The notes: generated by a model from the letters alone, not told the origin. A stretch of DNA of 29,961 nt from Candidatus Ratteibacteria bacterium (GCA_049971295.1 JBMFLH010000015.1:1-29961); one strand, 5' to 3'; positions 1-9,068 are shown, numbered from the stretch's first letter. Translations and numbers: made by a program.

Positions 1-150
1 TGGTCTTACCATTCCCGTCGCCACCTAGTTATAAAAGGGCGGGATTTTAGGTTATCAGTAAGCTTCTGACATTAGGGTCTCGCATCAATGATGCTGTTAT
101 GGAAGGACACAGATCAAGCTGTTGGCCAGGCAGTTCAAGGCTTGGCGGTC
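1..150 (+). ncRNA. Putative structured non-coding RNA of unassigned family, probably truncated at the window start
   Basis: There is no credible ORF here. Hand-found helices are 3-12/99-108, 13-19/38-44, 43-50/72-79, 55-58/66-69, 82-87/89-94 and 119-123/129-133. Several of them need G-U pairs that only form on the + strand. Confidence 0.3.
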
Positions 151-231
151 TTTACGATTATTACGCTTTTGCCAGATTCTTGTTATGCAGAAAGGAAATA
201 ATTTCATCTGGATCGAAGAAACAGCCATAGA

Positions 232-1062
232 TTATCTCGGGGTGGCGTCTGGAAGTCCGCCATCCACAGGAATCGTTGCGCCTGTGGTTGGTGTCTGGCG
301 GGAAGCAAAAAACAATACTGCATTTGCCACGTGGTCTGCTGTGATTTTTGCCTTCAAAAGGTTTCTATTTCTATAATATTCTTCAAGCCCCTTTTCATCA
401 AGCCCTCGCGCTTTCATCCTGTCAGGCCCTATCTTTTCCCACAGTCCTGACCTTCTTGTGCCGTCAGAAAACACAGCATCAGGTGCCACCATGTTTACTC
501 TGACTCCCATGGGTGCAAATTCAATGCTTGCGATTCTGGCAAGTTGATGGGCTGCTGCCTTTGTTGCGCTGTATGCGCCAAACGAAGCACCTGGAGCAAA
601 TACATTTTTTGTGGAAATCAGTATGATGTCGCCGCCTGTTTTCTGGTTTTCAAAATGCTTTGCAAGTTCTTTTAACACAAGTAGGGTACCTTCTACATTT
701 ACCCTTTCAAGTTTTTGAAACTCTTTAATGTCCATATCCTTCAATGATGAAACATGCGCAATGCCTGCATTAATGACTGCGATATCAAGGCAACCAAAAA
801 TTTCCACGATTTTTTTTATTCCTGCAGAAACACTTTCGGGATCTGTCACATCCATTTGAATACCAATAATGTTTGTTCCAAAAATCCCCTGAAACTCTTT
901 AATAAAACTATCAAATCTTTCACCCGGCAGATCTGTCGCTGCTACCTTGCAGTTTGACTTAAGCAATCCCCTGCAAATTCCTGCTCCAATGGCGCCAGCA
1001 GCGCCAGTAACCATTGCAATCCTGTCTTTCAAATTATATTTGCATTCAGGTTCAGGTTTCAT
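232..1062 (-). CDS. SDR-family NAD(P)-dependent oxidoreductase resembling the C-terminal dehydrogenase domain of bifunctional aldolase/SDR (RhaEW/YuxG-type) proteins
   Basis: TGAAGAIG Rossmann motif, NAG, STKN and catalytic YSATK. The motifs VNMVAPDAVF, SGLW, LEEYYRNRNLLK and TTGATIPVDGG are typical of that subfamily. Confidence 0.85.
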   Translation of the reverse strand: MKPEPECKYNLKDRIAMVTGAAGAIGAGICRGLLKSNCKVAATDLPGERFDSFIKEFQGIFGTNIIGIQMDVTDPESVSAGIKKIVEIFGCLDIAVINAGIAHVSSLKDMDIKEFQKLERVNVEGTLLVLKELAKHFENQKTGGDIILISTKNVFAPGASFGAYSATKAAAHQLARIASIEFAPMGVRVNMVAPDAVFSDGTRRSGLWEKIGPDRMKARGLDEKGLEEYYRNRNLLKAKITADHVANAVLFFASRQTPTTGATIPVDGGLPDATPR

Positions 1063-1795
1063 GAATGATTTCCTTTGCTTTTCCCTTTCTTAATGTCTCA
1101 ACAAGAAATCGCGCGTTGTTCTGAGGGTCTTTGCCATCAAAAATTGCGCTGCCTGCCACGACAATATCAGGTGCCATTTGAGCAATATCATAAATGTTGT
1201 CTCTTGTCACTCCGCCATCTATACACAGGAGAATGTCTCTTTCTGATTCATTGATGAGTGAAATGGCTTGTTCCACTTTTTTTGCTGTTGTTTTGATAAA
1301 GGATTGCCCCTGCCATCCAGGATTGACAGCAAGAATTGTAACCATATCAACCACGTCAAGTATGTTTTTGATTGAATCAACTGGAGTGCCTGGATTAATT
1401 GCCACTCCCGCAATAATTTCCCTGTTAGAGGGGTTAACATTTTTCAGTTTTTTTATTGCCTGAATCAGAGCGTGAATGTGTTCAGGGTATGATTCAAAAT
1501 GCACTGTGATCATGTCAGCACCTGCTTCTGCAAACTGTGAAATTTTGGTTATTGGATTTTGAACCATCAAATGGACATCTTTGAGATACCTGGTTTTTAT
1601 TCCTTTTATAAAAGAAGGACCCGCAGTCATCATTGGACAGAATATTCCATCCATTACATCAAAATGCAACATTTCCACTCCTGTCCGGTCAAGTTTTTCA
1701 ATCTCTTCTGCAAGGTGCATCACATCTGCTGCAAGAATTCCTGCGCTCAACACTGGTGTTAATGACCTGACATAATGATGAAACGATGTTATCAT
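1052..1795 (-). CDS. rpe: Ribulose-phosphate 3-epimerase family protein (divergent, substrate may differ)
   Basis: Metal-ligand motifs HFDVMDG, DVHLM and IDGG, plus AINPGTP, VNPGxxGQ and VAGSAIF. Overlaps the SDR start by 11 bp. Confidence 0.85.
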   Translation of the reverse strand: MITSFHHYVRSLTPVLSAGILAADVMHLAEEIEKLDRTGVEMLHFDVMDGIFCPMMTAGPSFIKGIKTRYLKDVHLMVQNPITKISQFAEAGADMITVHFESYPEHIHALIQAIKKLKNVNPSNREIIAGVAINPGTPVDSIKNILDVVDMVTILAVNPGWQGQSFIKTTAKKVEQAISLINESERDILLCIDGGVTRDNIYDIAQMAPDIVVAGSAIFDGKDPQNNARFLVETLRKGKAKEIIHET

Positions 1796-1798
1796 TGG

Positions 1799-2689
1799 CT
1801 ATTGCCCTTTTTGCTTTTGTGAAATTTTTTCTCTGTAATACTGGTAAGCTTCTTCTGGTTTTACATTTTTGTGTACAACCATCCTGACTGCCTGTATCAT
1901 TGCCACAGGGTCTTCTGCCTGAAAGATGTTTCTTCCCATATCCACACCACATGCTCCCTCTTGAATTGCATTGTAAGCCATTTTCAAAGCGTCGAATTCA
2001 GGGATTTTTTTGCCACCCGCAATGACAATGGGTACAGGACACGAAGCAGTGACTGTTTCAAAATCTTCATTCACATAATATGTTTTCACATAGGTTGCGC
2101 CAAGTTCAGCGCAGACTCTACAGGCAAGCCGCATATATTTTGCGTCTCTTACGAGCTCTTTACCAACAGCAGTGACACCGAGTACCCCAATTCCATATCT
2201 CTGCCCCATATCCACAAGTCTCGTCATATTGTGGACTGATTGTGTTTCGTATTCTCCACCAATGAATACCTGTACTGCCACTGCAGCAGCATTCAATCTG
2301 ATGGCATCTTCAATATCCATTGCGATCTGCTCGTTTGAAAGTTCCTTCAGCACAGTTGGTCCACCGCTTGCCCTTACCACAATACCATTGGTATATGTAG
2401 GAGGTATGATTGAGCGCAGTATACCTCTTGTTAACATCAATGTATCTGAATACTGAAGAAGCGGAAGTATTGTGACATCAATTCTTTCAAGCCCTGTTGT
2501 AGGTCCCTGAAAATATCCATGGTCTATGGCGAGCATTACAGTTTTGCCTGTATTGGGGTTGAAGATTTTTGAAAGTCGGTTTTTCATTCCCCAGTCAAAA
2601 TTATTGCAGCCCTTCAGAAAAAAGGCTTTATTTTTCTGTGGCATGTCAGTATAGAAATTTTTTTCTTTTTTTTCATCGGCTTCTGGCAT
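1799..2689 (-). CDS. lsrF: 3-hydroxy-5-phosphonooxypentane-2,4-dione thiolase LsrF (class I aldolase fold)
   Basis: Motifs [32 protein letters not shown], catalytic Lys in [17 protein letters not shown] and [10 protein letters not shown]. Start moved to the ATG at 2689, which has an AGGAGG RBS at 2695-2700. Confidence 0.92.
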   Translation of the reverse strand: MPEADEKKEKNFYTDMPQKNKAFFLKGCNNFDWGMKNRLSKIFNPNTGKTVMLAIDHGYFQGPTTGLERIDVTILPLLQYSDTLMLTRGILRSIIPPTYTNGIVVRASGGPTVLKELSNEQIAMDIEDAIRLNAAAVAVQVFIGGEYETQSVHNMTRLVDMGQRYGIGVLGVTAVGKELVRDAKYMRLACRVCAELGATYVKTYYVNEDFETVTASCPVPIVIAGGKKIPEFDALKMAYNAIQEGACGVDMGRNIFQAEDPVAMIQAVRMVVHKNVKPEEAYQYYREKISQKQKGQ

Positions 2690-2732
2690 AATGGCCTCCT
2701 TTTTGATGGTCAATTCCTGTATTGATAATCTC

Positions 2733-2761
2733 ATTATATAATAGATACAGAGCATGTGCAA
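2733..2761 (-). promoter_or_regulatory. Sigma70-type promoter for the lsrF operon
   Basis: Minus-strand TTGCAC (2761-2756), 17-bp spacer, TATAAT (2738-2733). Confidence 0.65.
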
Positions 2762-2764
2762 ACA

Positions 2765-2793
2765 TTGAACAGGTCAAAATTCTGTGATATGCT
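2765..2793 (+). promoter_or_regulatory. Sigma70-type promoter for the V/A-ATPase operon
   Basis: TTGAAC (2765-2770), 17-bp spacer, TATGCT (2788-2793), preceded by a TGn extended -10 element. Confidence 0.55.
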
Positions 2794-2825
2794 ATTTATC
2801 AAAAAAACCCACAGGGCATCATCCT

Positions 2826-3164
2826 ATGAAAGAAATTCTTGAACAGATTATTGAGAAAGAAAAAGAAGCCAGGCAACAATTAGAATTAGCTCAGAAACAG
2901 ACACAACAGATACTGGCTGATGCCAGAAAAAAGGCAGATGAAATTATACAGCAGGCAAGAATCACTGCATCAAAAATGTCTTCAGAAATGATAAAAAAAG
3001 CGCGGCAGGAAATAGAAGATACAAGAAATCAGATTATTGATAAAGAAAAAAATAAACACCAGCAGATTAAGAAAAACTGGCAGCCGCTTGTAGAATCTAC
3101 TGCTTTGAAAGTATTTCAGAAAATCATTGACATAGGGCATCTCACAGGAAAACTTTTTGAATGA
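2826..3164 (+). CDS. V/A-type ATP synthase peripheral stalk subunit H/G
   Basis: Charged coiled coil (EKEKEARQQLELAQ...ADARKKADEIIQQAR) and first gene of the ATPase operon. Start moved to the ATG at 2826, downstream of the predicted promoter. Confidence 0.75.
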   Translation: MKEILEQIIEKEKEARQQLELAQKQTQQILADARKKADEIIQQARITASKMSSEMIKKARQEIEDTRNQIIDKEKNKHQQIKKNWQPLVESTALKVFQKIIDIGHLTGKLFE

Positions 3165-3167
3165 TAT

Positions 3168-4151
3168 ATGAGACAAATTTCACGATATTCTTATCCAAAC
3201 ACACGAATCAGGGCAATGATTTCAAGATTGCTTGATGAGGAATTTTTTACACGAGCAAAACAGGTCGAATTTCGAGAATTCATTGAAATGCTTAAAAAGA
3301 CCCGTTACGATGGTATCATTCAGAAGTTTAGTAATGAAATAAATCCAGAAAACTTTGAGATTGCTTGCAGGGATTTCGACAACCAGATGATAAAAAAAAT
3401 TTCATCGTTTTTTACCTCAAGGATTGAAAAACAAGTTATCCTGTTGCTTGAAGAACGATACAGGATTGACAACTTGAAGTTTGCATTAAGAATGTGGTTT
3501 AACAAGCAAGTGTCTGAAAAAAAAGAGGTAACAAAAGAATTTTTACCTGTCCTGAGAGCAAAAACAATTGAGGATGTGGCGAAACTCATTCAGGATACAG
3601 AATATGCCAGGGCAATTGAGAGCGCAAAAGATACCTTTGAAAAAACCCGTTCCCTGTATCCTGTTGAAATGTCAATAGACAGGCAGTATTTTTTGAAGAT
3701 TCAGAATACAATTGAACATCTTTCTGAAACAGACAGAAAAATTGCCAGAAAAATTGCTGGAGCAGAAATTGATAGAGAAAACCTTTCCTGGCTTGCAAGA
3801 ATAAAGTTGTATTATGCTGGAAAAGTAGATATTGAAATGATTGGTTTCATCCCTGGTGGAATGTATTTTTCAGAAAAAAACCTGAAAGATCTTGTGAAAC
3901 AGGATTCATCGCATAAGTTTTTGAAGTTACCTGAACAATACATGGAATTGATTGAGGTATTACCAGAGAAAATTTCAGAGATGGACAGTATTCTTGAAAG
4001 TATTATCATGCGCGAAATAAGAAAAGCTTTTGTTGAAAATCCTTTTACAGTTGGCATCCCGCTTGGTTATATTTTCCTGAAACAAAGAGAAACAAAACGT
4101 ATGGTCAGTTTGTTTGTCAGTAAATATTTTGCCACAAAAATTTATCAATAG
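3168..4151 (+). CDS. atpC: V/A-type ATP synthase subunit C (d)
   Basis: N-terminal YSYPNTRIRAMISRLL, AEIDRENL and C-terminal PFTVGIPLGYIFLKQRE motifs, plus operon context. Confidence 0.85.
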   Translation: MRQISRYSYPNTRIRAMISRLLDEEFFTRAKQVEFREFIEMLKKTRYDGIIQKFSNEINPENFEIACRDFDNQMIKKISSFFTSRIEKQVILLLEERYRIDNLKFALRMWFNKQVSEKKEVTKEFLPVLRAKTIEDVAKLIQDTEYARAIESAKDTFEKTRSLYPVEMSIDRQYFLKIQNTIEHLSETDRKIARKIAGAEIDRENLSWLARIKLYYAGKVDIEMIGFIPGGMYFSEKNLKDLVKQDSSHKFLKLPEQYMELIEVLPEKISEMDSILESIIMREIRKAFVENPFTVGIPLGYIFLKQRETKRMVSLFVSKYFATKIYQ

Positions 4152-4159
4152 GATTTTTT

Positions 4160-6070
4160 ATGCTTCCTGAGAGACTGGTGCTGTTAACAGCAATAGTAAG
4201 AAAACATAAAGCCAGTGCAGTGCTAGCAAAACTTATGAACACAGGGTTTTTTCATCCTGTGGATGCTAAAGACATATCAGGAGATGTTGAAAAAACCTGG
4301 ATGCATAAACAGGAATTTAAATCAATCAGATGGCAGGAAATTATCAGCAGATACCAGTATATCGTTCAGCAAACTCATTCTGTATCTTTTTCTGTTGATG
4401 AGCCAGCCTCTTATGTTGAAGCAGAGACATCCCTTCAGGAGATAGAAGAAAAACTGAAAGTTCTCTTTGAAAAAAAGGAAGAAATTTCAAAAGAGATTTC
4501 TCATTTACAGGCATTGGTTGAAAAAAAACCTGTTTATGTGCCTTTTCCATATCCTGCAGAGTTTACTTTTATTCACGCAGAAATTGGTGAAATTGCTCCT
4601 GATATGTCCGGAGTTCTGGAAAACCTGCTCAGTGGCATTCCTCATATTATTATACCTGGCGAGATAAGAAATCATCGGTTAATCGTTGGCATTATGATAC
4701 TCAAAAAAGATATCGCAATATTTGAAAGGGTGAAAAAAGAAATAAACTGGGCACCTTTATCATCTGATATTTCACTGACTGGTGTACCTGTTGAACAATA
4801 CAGAAAAAAAATTGAAGAACTGAAATCAGAACTTATAATTGTTGACAGCCAAATACAGGAAATCGTGAAACAACGCGCACAGGTACTGTCAAAAATATCT
4901 CTCTCTGTGGAAATGTATGAAAAACTGACGCAAATGAAAAAACATGCAGTAGTTACTGATATGACAATGGCTCTGTCTGGCTGGGTGCCTGAAAAAGAAT
5001 CTCAATCAGTATCTGAAACAGTTCGCATGATAGATCCTGTATCTTACTGTGAATGTATTCCAGCAGAAAAAACAGGGATACCTTATGAAGAAATTCCTGT
5101 GAGTATCAAACATAACAGATTTCTCAAGCCATTTGAGTTAATTGTTCAAACATATGGAATTCCACGGTATGGATGCCTTGATCCAACAATTTTTGTGGCA
5201 TGTTCGTTCCTTTTAATGTTTGGTGCAATGTTTGGAGATATCGGACATGGTATGATTTTTGTTTTGCTTGGCCTTTTGTTTTTGTGGCGGTTTAAGGCGG
5301 CAATGAAACAGGCGAGCTGGCTGATGGTTTATGTGGGCCTGTCTTCAATGGTATTTGGACTATTATACGGAAGTTTTTTCGGAATAGAATTTCATCCATT
5401 ATGGATAAATCCAATGGAAGACATTACAACACTGTTCCGTAGCTGTGTGATATTCGGTATCATCATTTTGACAGCAGGAATTATTTTGAATATCATAAAT
5501 CACGCAATCAACAAAAATAGAGATGCGATTCTTTTTGACAAAGCAGGGCTTTTTTCGGGCATGATTTTCTGGGCAGGTGTGGCCCTCGCAGCAAGTTATT
5601 TTGCAAAGGCAGGTAGTCTGATTATGAAAGTCCTTGCACTATTGCTGGTAACTGGGGTGGCAGTGATTTTTTTCAGGTCTGTTGTTGATGCCATTAAACA
5701 CAGAGAAGGGATTTTGGTTGGATTTATAGAAGGAGTACTTCATATTTTTGAAATTATGCTGGGGTATCTTGCAAACACTGTTTCCTTTATTCGTATTTCA
5801 GCATTTGCTCTGAACCATTTTGTTTTTTTTATGACGATATTCGCAATTTCCGATATGATAAAAAAGACAGGCGCTGGCTGGTTGAGCTGGCTCGCTATTG
5901 TGTTTGGTAATATTTTTGTGATTGTCCTTGAGGGACTGGTGGTATTAATACAGTCGCTTCGTCTGAATTACTACGAGTTTTTTTCAAGATTTTTTGCCAC
6001 AGGAAAAAACATTTATCAGCCAGTGGTTTTGAAAGGAATGATTGAGAAAGTTGATGAATATTTCGCGTAA
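4160..6070 (+). CDS. atpI: V/A-type ATP synthase subunit I (a)
   Basis: GWVP, YGIPRY..DPT, FGAMFGDIGHG, essential Arg in NTVSFIRISAFALNH, and LRLNYYEFFSRFF. Confidence 0.95.
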   Translation: MLPERLVLLTAIVRKHKASAVLAKLMNTGFFHPVDAKDISGDVEKTWMHKQEFKSIRWQEIISRYQYIVQQTHSVSFSVDEPASYVEAETSLQEIEEKLKVLFEKKEEISKEISHLQALVEKKPVYVPFPYPAEFTFIHAEIGEIAPDMSGVLENLLSGIPHIIIPGEIRNHRLIVGIMILKKDIAIFERVKKEINWAPLSSDISLTGVPVEQYRKKIEELKSELIIVDSQIQEIVKQRAQVLSKISLSVEMYEKLTQMKKHAVVTDMTMALSGWVPEKESQSVSETVRMIDPVSYCECIPAEKTGIPYEEIPVSIKHNRFLKPFELIVQTYGIPRYGCLDPTIFVACSFLLMFGAMFGDIGHGMIFVLLGLLFLWRFKAAMKQASWLMVYVGLSSMVFGLLYGSFFGIEFHPLWINPMEDITTLFRSCVIFGIIILTAGIILNIINHAINKNRDAILFDKAGLFSGMIFWAGVALAASYFAKAGSLIMKVLALLLVTGVAVIFFRSVVDAIKHREGILVGFIEGVLHIFEIMLGYLANTVSFIRISAFALNHFVFFMTIFAISDMIKKTGAGWLSWLAIVFGNIFVIVLEGLVVLIQSLRLNYYEFFSRFFATGKNIYQPVVLKGMIEKVDEYFA

Positions 6071-6081
6071 AGGGGGATTTT

Positions 6082-6405
6082 ATGAAATTGTTTGAAAGAA
6101 TGTTTGGAAATTTTGTAAGGGTCAGTGTATTGTCGTTTATTTTAATGGCAGTTTATGTATGGGCGCAAACAGCGACTCCGGATACTGCCAATGCGGGCAG
6201 GGCATTTTATGCAGCAGCGATATCAACAGGATTGGCAGCTCTTGGAGCTGGAATAGCGGTTGCCTATGTAGGAGCTGCTGCTGTTGGAGCTCTTGCGGAA
6301 AAACCAGAATTAACAGGCCGGGTGCTCATCTTTGTTGGGCTTGCTGAAGGAATCGCGATTTACGGTTTGATTATATCAATAATGATTCTTGGAAAGGTTC
6401 AGTAG
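6082..6405 (+). CDS. atpK: V/A-type ATP synthase rotor subunit K (c), single hairpin with a signal-peptide-like N-terminus
   Basis: Gly/Ala-rich helix GLAALGAGIAVAYVGAAAVG, loop AEKPE and ion-binding Glu in GLAEGIAIYG. GGGGGA RBS upstream. Confidence 0.93.
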   Translation: MKLFERMFGNFVRVSVLSFILMAVYVWAQTATPDTANAGRAFYAAAISTGLAALGAGIAVAYVGAAAVGALAEKPELTGRVLIFVGLAEGIAIYGLIISIMILGKVQ

Positions 6406-6407
6406 TT

Positions 6408-6692
6408 ATGAAATACTACTGCATTGCTGATTATAAAAGCGCTGCGGCTTTTCGGTTATTAAACATACCGACATATGAGGCAAATATTGCAAGCCAGGCG
6501 TTGAAAATATTTGATAATGTTGTGAAACAGGATGACGCCGGAATTATCCTTATCACTGACAGTGTGGCAGATATGATTCGGCAGGAACTTGTAAAATTTA
6601 CAGCCAAAAACACTATGCCGATTATTCTGGAGATACCTTCCTATGACAGTACATTGTCCGGAATCAGAAAAGAAAATGAATCAAAAACCTGA
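6408..6692 (+). CDS. atpF: V/A-type ATP synthase subunit F
   Basis: Motifs IAD....AFRL, DAGIILIT and PIILEIP, plus size and position. Confidence 0.85.
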   Translation: MKYYCIADYKSAAAFRLLNIPTYEANIASQALKIFDNVVKQDDAGIILITDSVADMIRQELVKFTAKNTMPIILEIPSYDSTLSGIRKENESKT

Positions 6693-7308
6693 CAAAAAGG
6701 ATATTAATGGACTGGTTTCAGAAATAGAAAAAGTGACCAGATCACAGGTTGATGAAATCATTAAGCAGGCAAGCGCTGAAGCAGAAAAACTGGTTAATGA
6801 TGCCATGCAAAAGGCACAAAATTTATTGAATCTGGAAAAACAAAAGACAGAGCAATTAATATCAACAATGAAACAACGTGGAGATGCTGCGACAAAAATG
6901 GAACTGAAGAAGATGCGTCTTCAACTGAAAAAGGAGTTTGCAAATCATGTGATTGAAAAAGTGAAGGAAATGGCTTTGTCCTTCAGGAATAGTGCTGAAT
7001 ATCAATCCTTTTTGAAAAAGGCTGTACTTGAAGGGATTGAGGTTGTTGGAACACCAGAGGTGATCATTAAATTTTCACCCCTTGATGTCCATTATTTCAA
7101 CGCTGATTTCGAAAAAGAAATTCTGGAAACCTGTATCAAAGACCTGAAAAAAACAGTTTCAATTCAGTTTGTTCAGGATAACTTTCAGGACACAGGAATC
7201 ATTGCCTGTTCGAGTGATGGTTTTATAATGTATGACAATACATTTTCTGCAAGGTTACAGAGGGCGTATGATTCAATTTATTCTGAAATTCTTGGTGAGG
7301 AAATTTAA
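6676..7308 (+). CDS. atpE: V/A-type ATP synthase subunit E
   Basis: N-terminal coiled coil and C-terminal GIIA....G.IMYDNTFSARL motif. The likely start is the ATG at 6676; the ORF track starts at 6643. Confidence 0.85.
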   Translation: MNQKPDKKDINGLVSEIEKVTRSQVDEIIKQASAEAEKLVNDAMQKAQNLLNLEKQKTEQLISTMKQRGDAATKMELKKMRLQLKKEFANHVIEKVKEMALSFRNSAEYQSFLKKAVLEGIEVVGTPEVIIKFSPLDVHYFNADFEKEILETCIKDLKKTVSIQFVQDNFQDTGIIACSSDGFIMYDNTFSARLQRAYDSIYSEILGEEI

Positions 7309-9068
7309 TGGCTGAAACTATTGGAAAAATTATCAGGATCAATGGACCAGTGGTTCAGATACGATGTGATAAGAGCATTAAGATGCTTGATATGGTCGAA
7401 GTTGGTGAAGAAAAACTTGTTGGAGAAGTGGTAAGATTGAAAGGGAATGTTGCTTATGCACAGGTATATGAAGATACAACATCATTGAAGGCAGGCGACC
7501 CTGTTTTTTCTGATGGCATGCCACTATCACTTGAACTTGGCCCAGGGCTTATTGGAAATATCTTCGATGGAATTCAGAGGCCGCTTGAAATGATTAAAAA
7601 GCAGGAAGGTGACTTTATTTCAAGGGGATTGCATGTAATGGCTCTGGACAGGGATAAAAAATGGCACTTTGTGCCACTGAAGAAATCCGGAGAAAAAGTA
7701 AACCCTGGAAGCATTATTGGCGAAGTTCAGGAATCAAGCTTGATCAAGCACAAAATCATGGTTGGTCCTGATTTGTCTGCTGGTATATTAAGCTCAATTG
7801 TTGAGGAAGGCGATTATACTGTTGATGATATCATTGCTGAAATTGATATTGACGGAGACATTCAGCCATTGCGGATGTTTCACAAATGGGCTATTAGAAA
7901 ACCAAGACCCTATAAACAACGGATACCTGCAGATAAGCCACTGATTACTGGCCAGAGGGTAATCGATGCGCTGTTTCCTGTGGCAAAAGGAGGTTGTGTA
8001 GCTGTACCCGGTGGCTTTGGAACAGGAAAAACTGTTGTTCAACATCAGCTGGCAAAGTGGTCTGACGCTGATGTTGTGGTGTTTGTGGGTTGCGGTGAGA
8101 GGGGAAATGAAATGACAGATGTGCTTGCCAATTTCACAAAACTTGTTGACCCGAGGACAGGAAAACTTCTTCTCGAAAGAACGGTTTTTGTCGCCAATAC
8201 ATCAAATATGCCTGTGGCAGCAAGAGAGGCAAGTATCTACACAGGGATTACAATCGCCGAATATTTCAGGGATATGGGATATGAGGTAGCTCTGATGGCA
8301 GATTCAACATCACGATGGGCAGAAGCATTAAGGGAACTATCTGGAAGAATGGAGGAAATACCGCTTGAGGAAGGTTTCCCTGCATATCTTCCTGTAAGAC
8401 TTGCAGAATTTTATGAAAGAGCAGGCAGGGTGATAACCCTTGATGAACAAAATGGCTCAATTACTGTTATTGCATCTGTTTCTCCTCCAGGAGGAGATTT
8501 TTCAGAACCAGTGACATCCCATACAAAACGTTTCATTCGTTGTTTCTGGGCTCTTGATAGAGACCTTGCATATTCCCGTCACTATCCTGCCATCAGCTGG
8601 ATTGATAGCTATTCAGAATACGTGGATGATGTGAAAAACTGGTGGGATACTCATACAGACGGCAAATGGATTGAATACAGACATACAATACTGGACCTTT
8701 TGCAGAAAGAACAACGGTTGCAACAGATTGTAAAACTTATTGGCGCAGATGTTTTACCAAATGCGCAGAAACTTATTCTTGAAACATGTTCTCTTTTCAA
8801 AAATGCGTTTCTTCAGCAGAGCGCTTTTGATGAGATTGATACATACTGTTCTCCCAAAAAACAATTTTTAATGTTCCAGGCGATTATCATATTTCACAGA
8901 AAAAGCGAGGAATTGATAAAAGAAGGGTTTGAAATCGGAGAAATAAGAGAAAACCCTGTTTATCAGAATCTTGTGAGAATGAAAACGAGATACAGGGAAA
9001 ATGAACTTGAACAGCTTGAGAAATTTGTAAATTCTATTGAAGAACAACTTCAACAGATGAGAAAATGA
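7308..9068 (+). CDS. atpA: V/A-type ATP synthase catalytic subunit A
   Basis: Walker [46 protein letters not shown] and [12 protein letters not shown]. 586 aa with no intein. Confidence 0.97.
   Translation: MAETIGKIIRINGPVVQIRCDKSIKMLDMVEVGEEKLVGEVVRLKGNVAYAQVYEDTTSLKAGDPVFSDGMPLSLELGPGLIGNIFDGIQRPLEMIKKQEGDFISRGLHVMALDRDKKWHFVPLKKSGEKVNPGSIIGEVQESSLIKHKIMVGPDLSAGILSSIVEEGDYTVDDIIAEIDIDGDIQPLRMFHKWAIRKPRPYKQRIPADKPLITGQRVIDALFPVAKGGCVAVPGGFGTGKTVVQHQLAKWSDADVVVFVGCGERGNEMTDVLANFTKLVDPRTGKLLLERTVFVANTSNMPVAAREASIYTGITIAEYFRDMGYEVALMADSTSRWAEALRELSGRMEEIPLEEGFPAYLPVRLAEFYERAGRVITLDEQNGSITVIASVSPPGGDFSEPVTSHTKRFIRCFWALDRDLAYSRHYPAISWIDSYSEYVDDVKNWWDTHTDGKWIEYRHTILDLLQKEQRLQQIVKLIGADVLPNAQKLILETCSLFKNAFLQQSAFDEIDTYCSPKKQFLMFQAIIIFHRKSEELIKEGFEIGEIRENPVYQNLVRMKTRYRENELEQLEKFVNSIEEQLQQMRK

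Noticed and set aside
17..30. T-box-like sequence on the minus strand (AACTAGGTGGCGAC)
   Set aside because: It lacks the required UGGNACC bulge (reads UGGCGAC), and I could find no stem I specifier elements.
33..48. AAAAGGGCGGGATT, resembling an IS200/IS605 end hairpin arm or the start of an FMN riboswitch
   Set aside because: There is no perfect partner arm, no tnpA/tnpB in the window, and none of the downstream FMN-conserved segments.
122..376. 84-aa plus-strand ORF
   Set aside because: TTG start, mostly antisense to the SDR gene, and no recognisable motif.
1799..2689. A complete AI-2 quorum-sensing (lsr) locus
   Set aside because: Only lsrF is present. There is no kinase, LsrG, regulator or ABC transporter in the window.
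2690..2825. Upstream extensions of the lsrF (to 2761) and subunit H (from 2784) ORFs
   Set aside because: They overlap the predicted promoters. Downstream ATGs fit the RBS and family N-termini better.
7308..9068. Intein in ATPase subunit A
   Set aside because: The length is normal and the GCGERGNEM region is uninterrupted.
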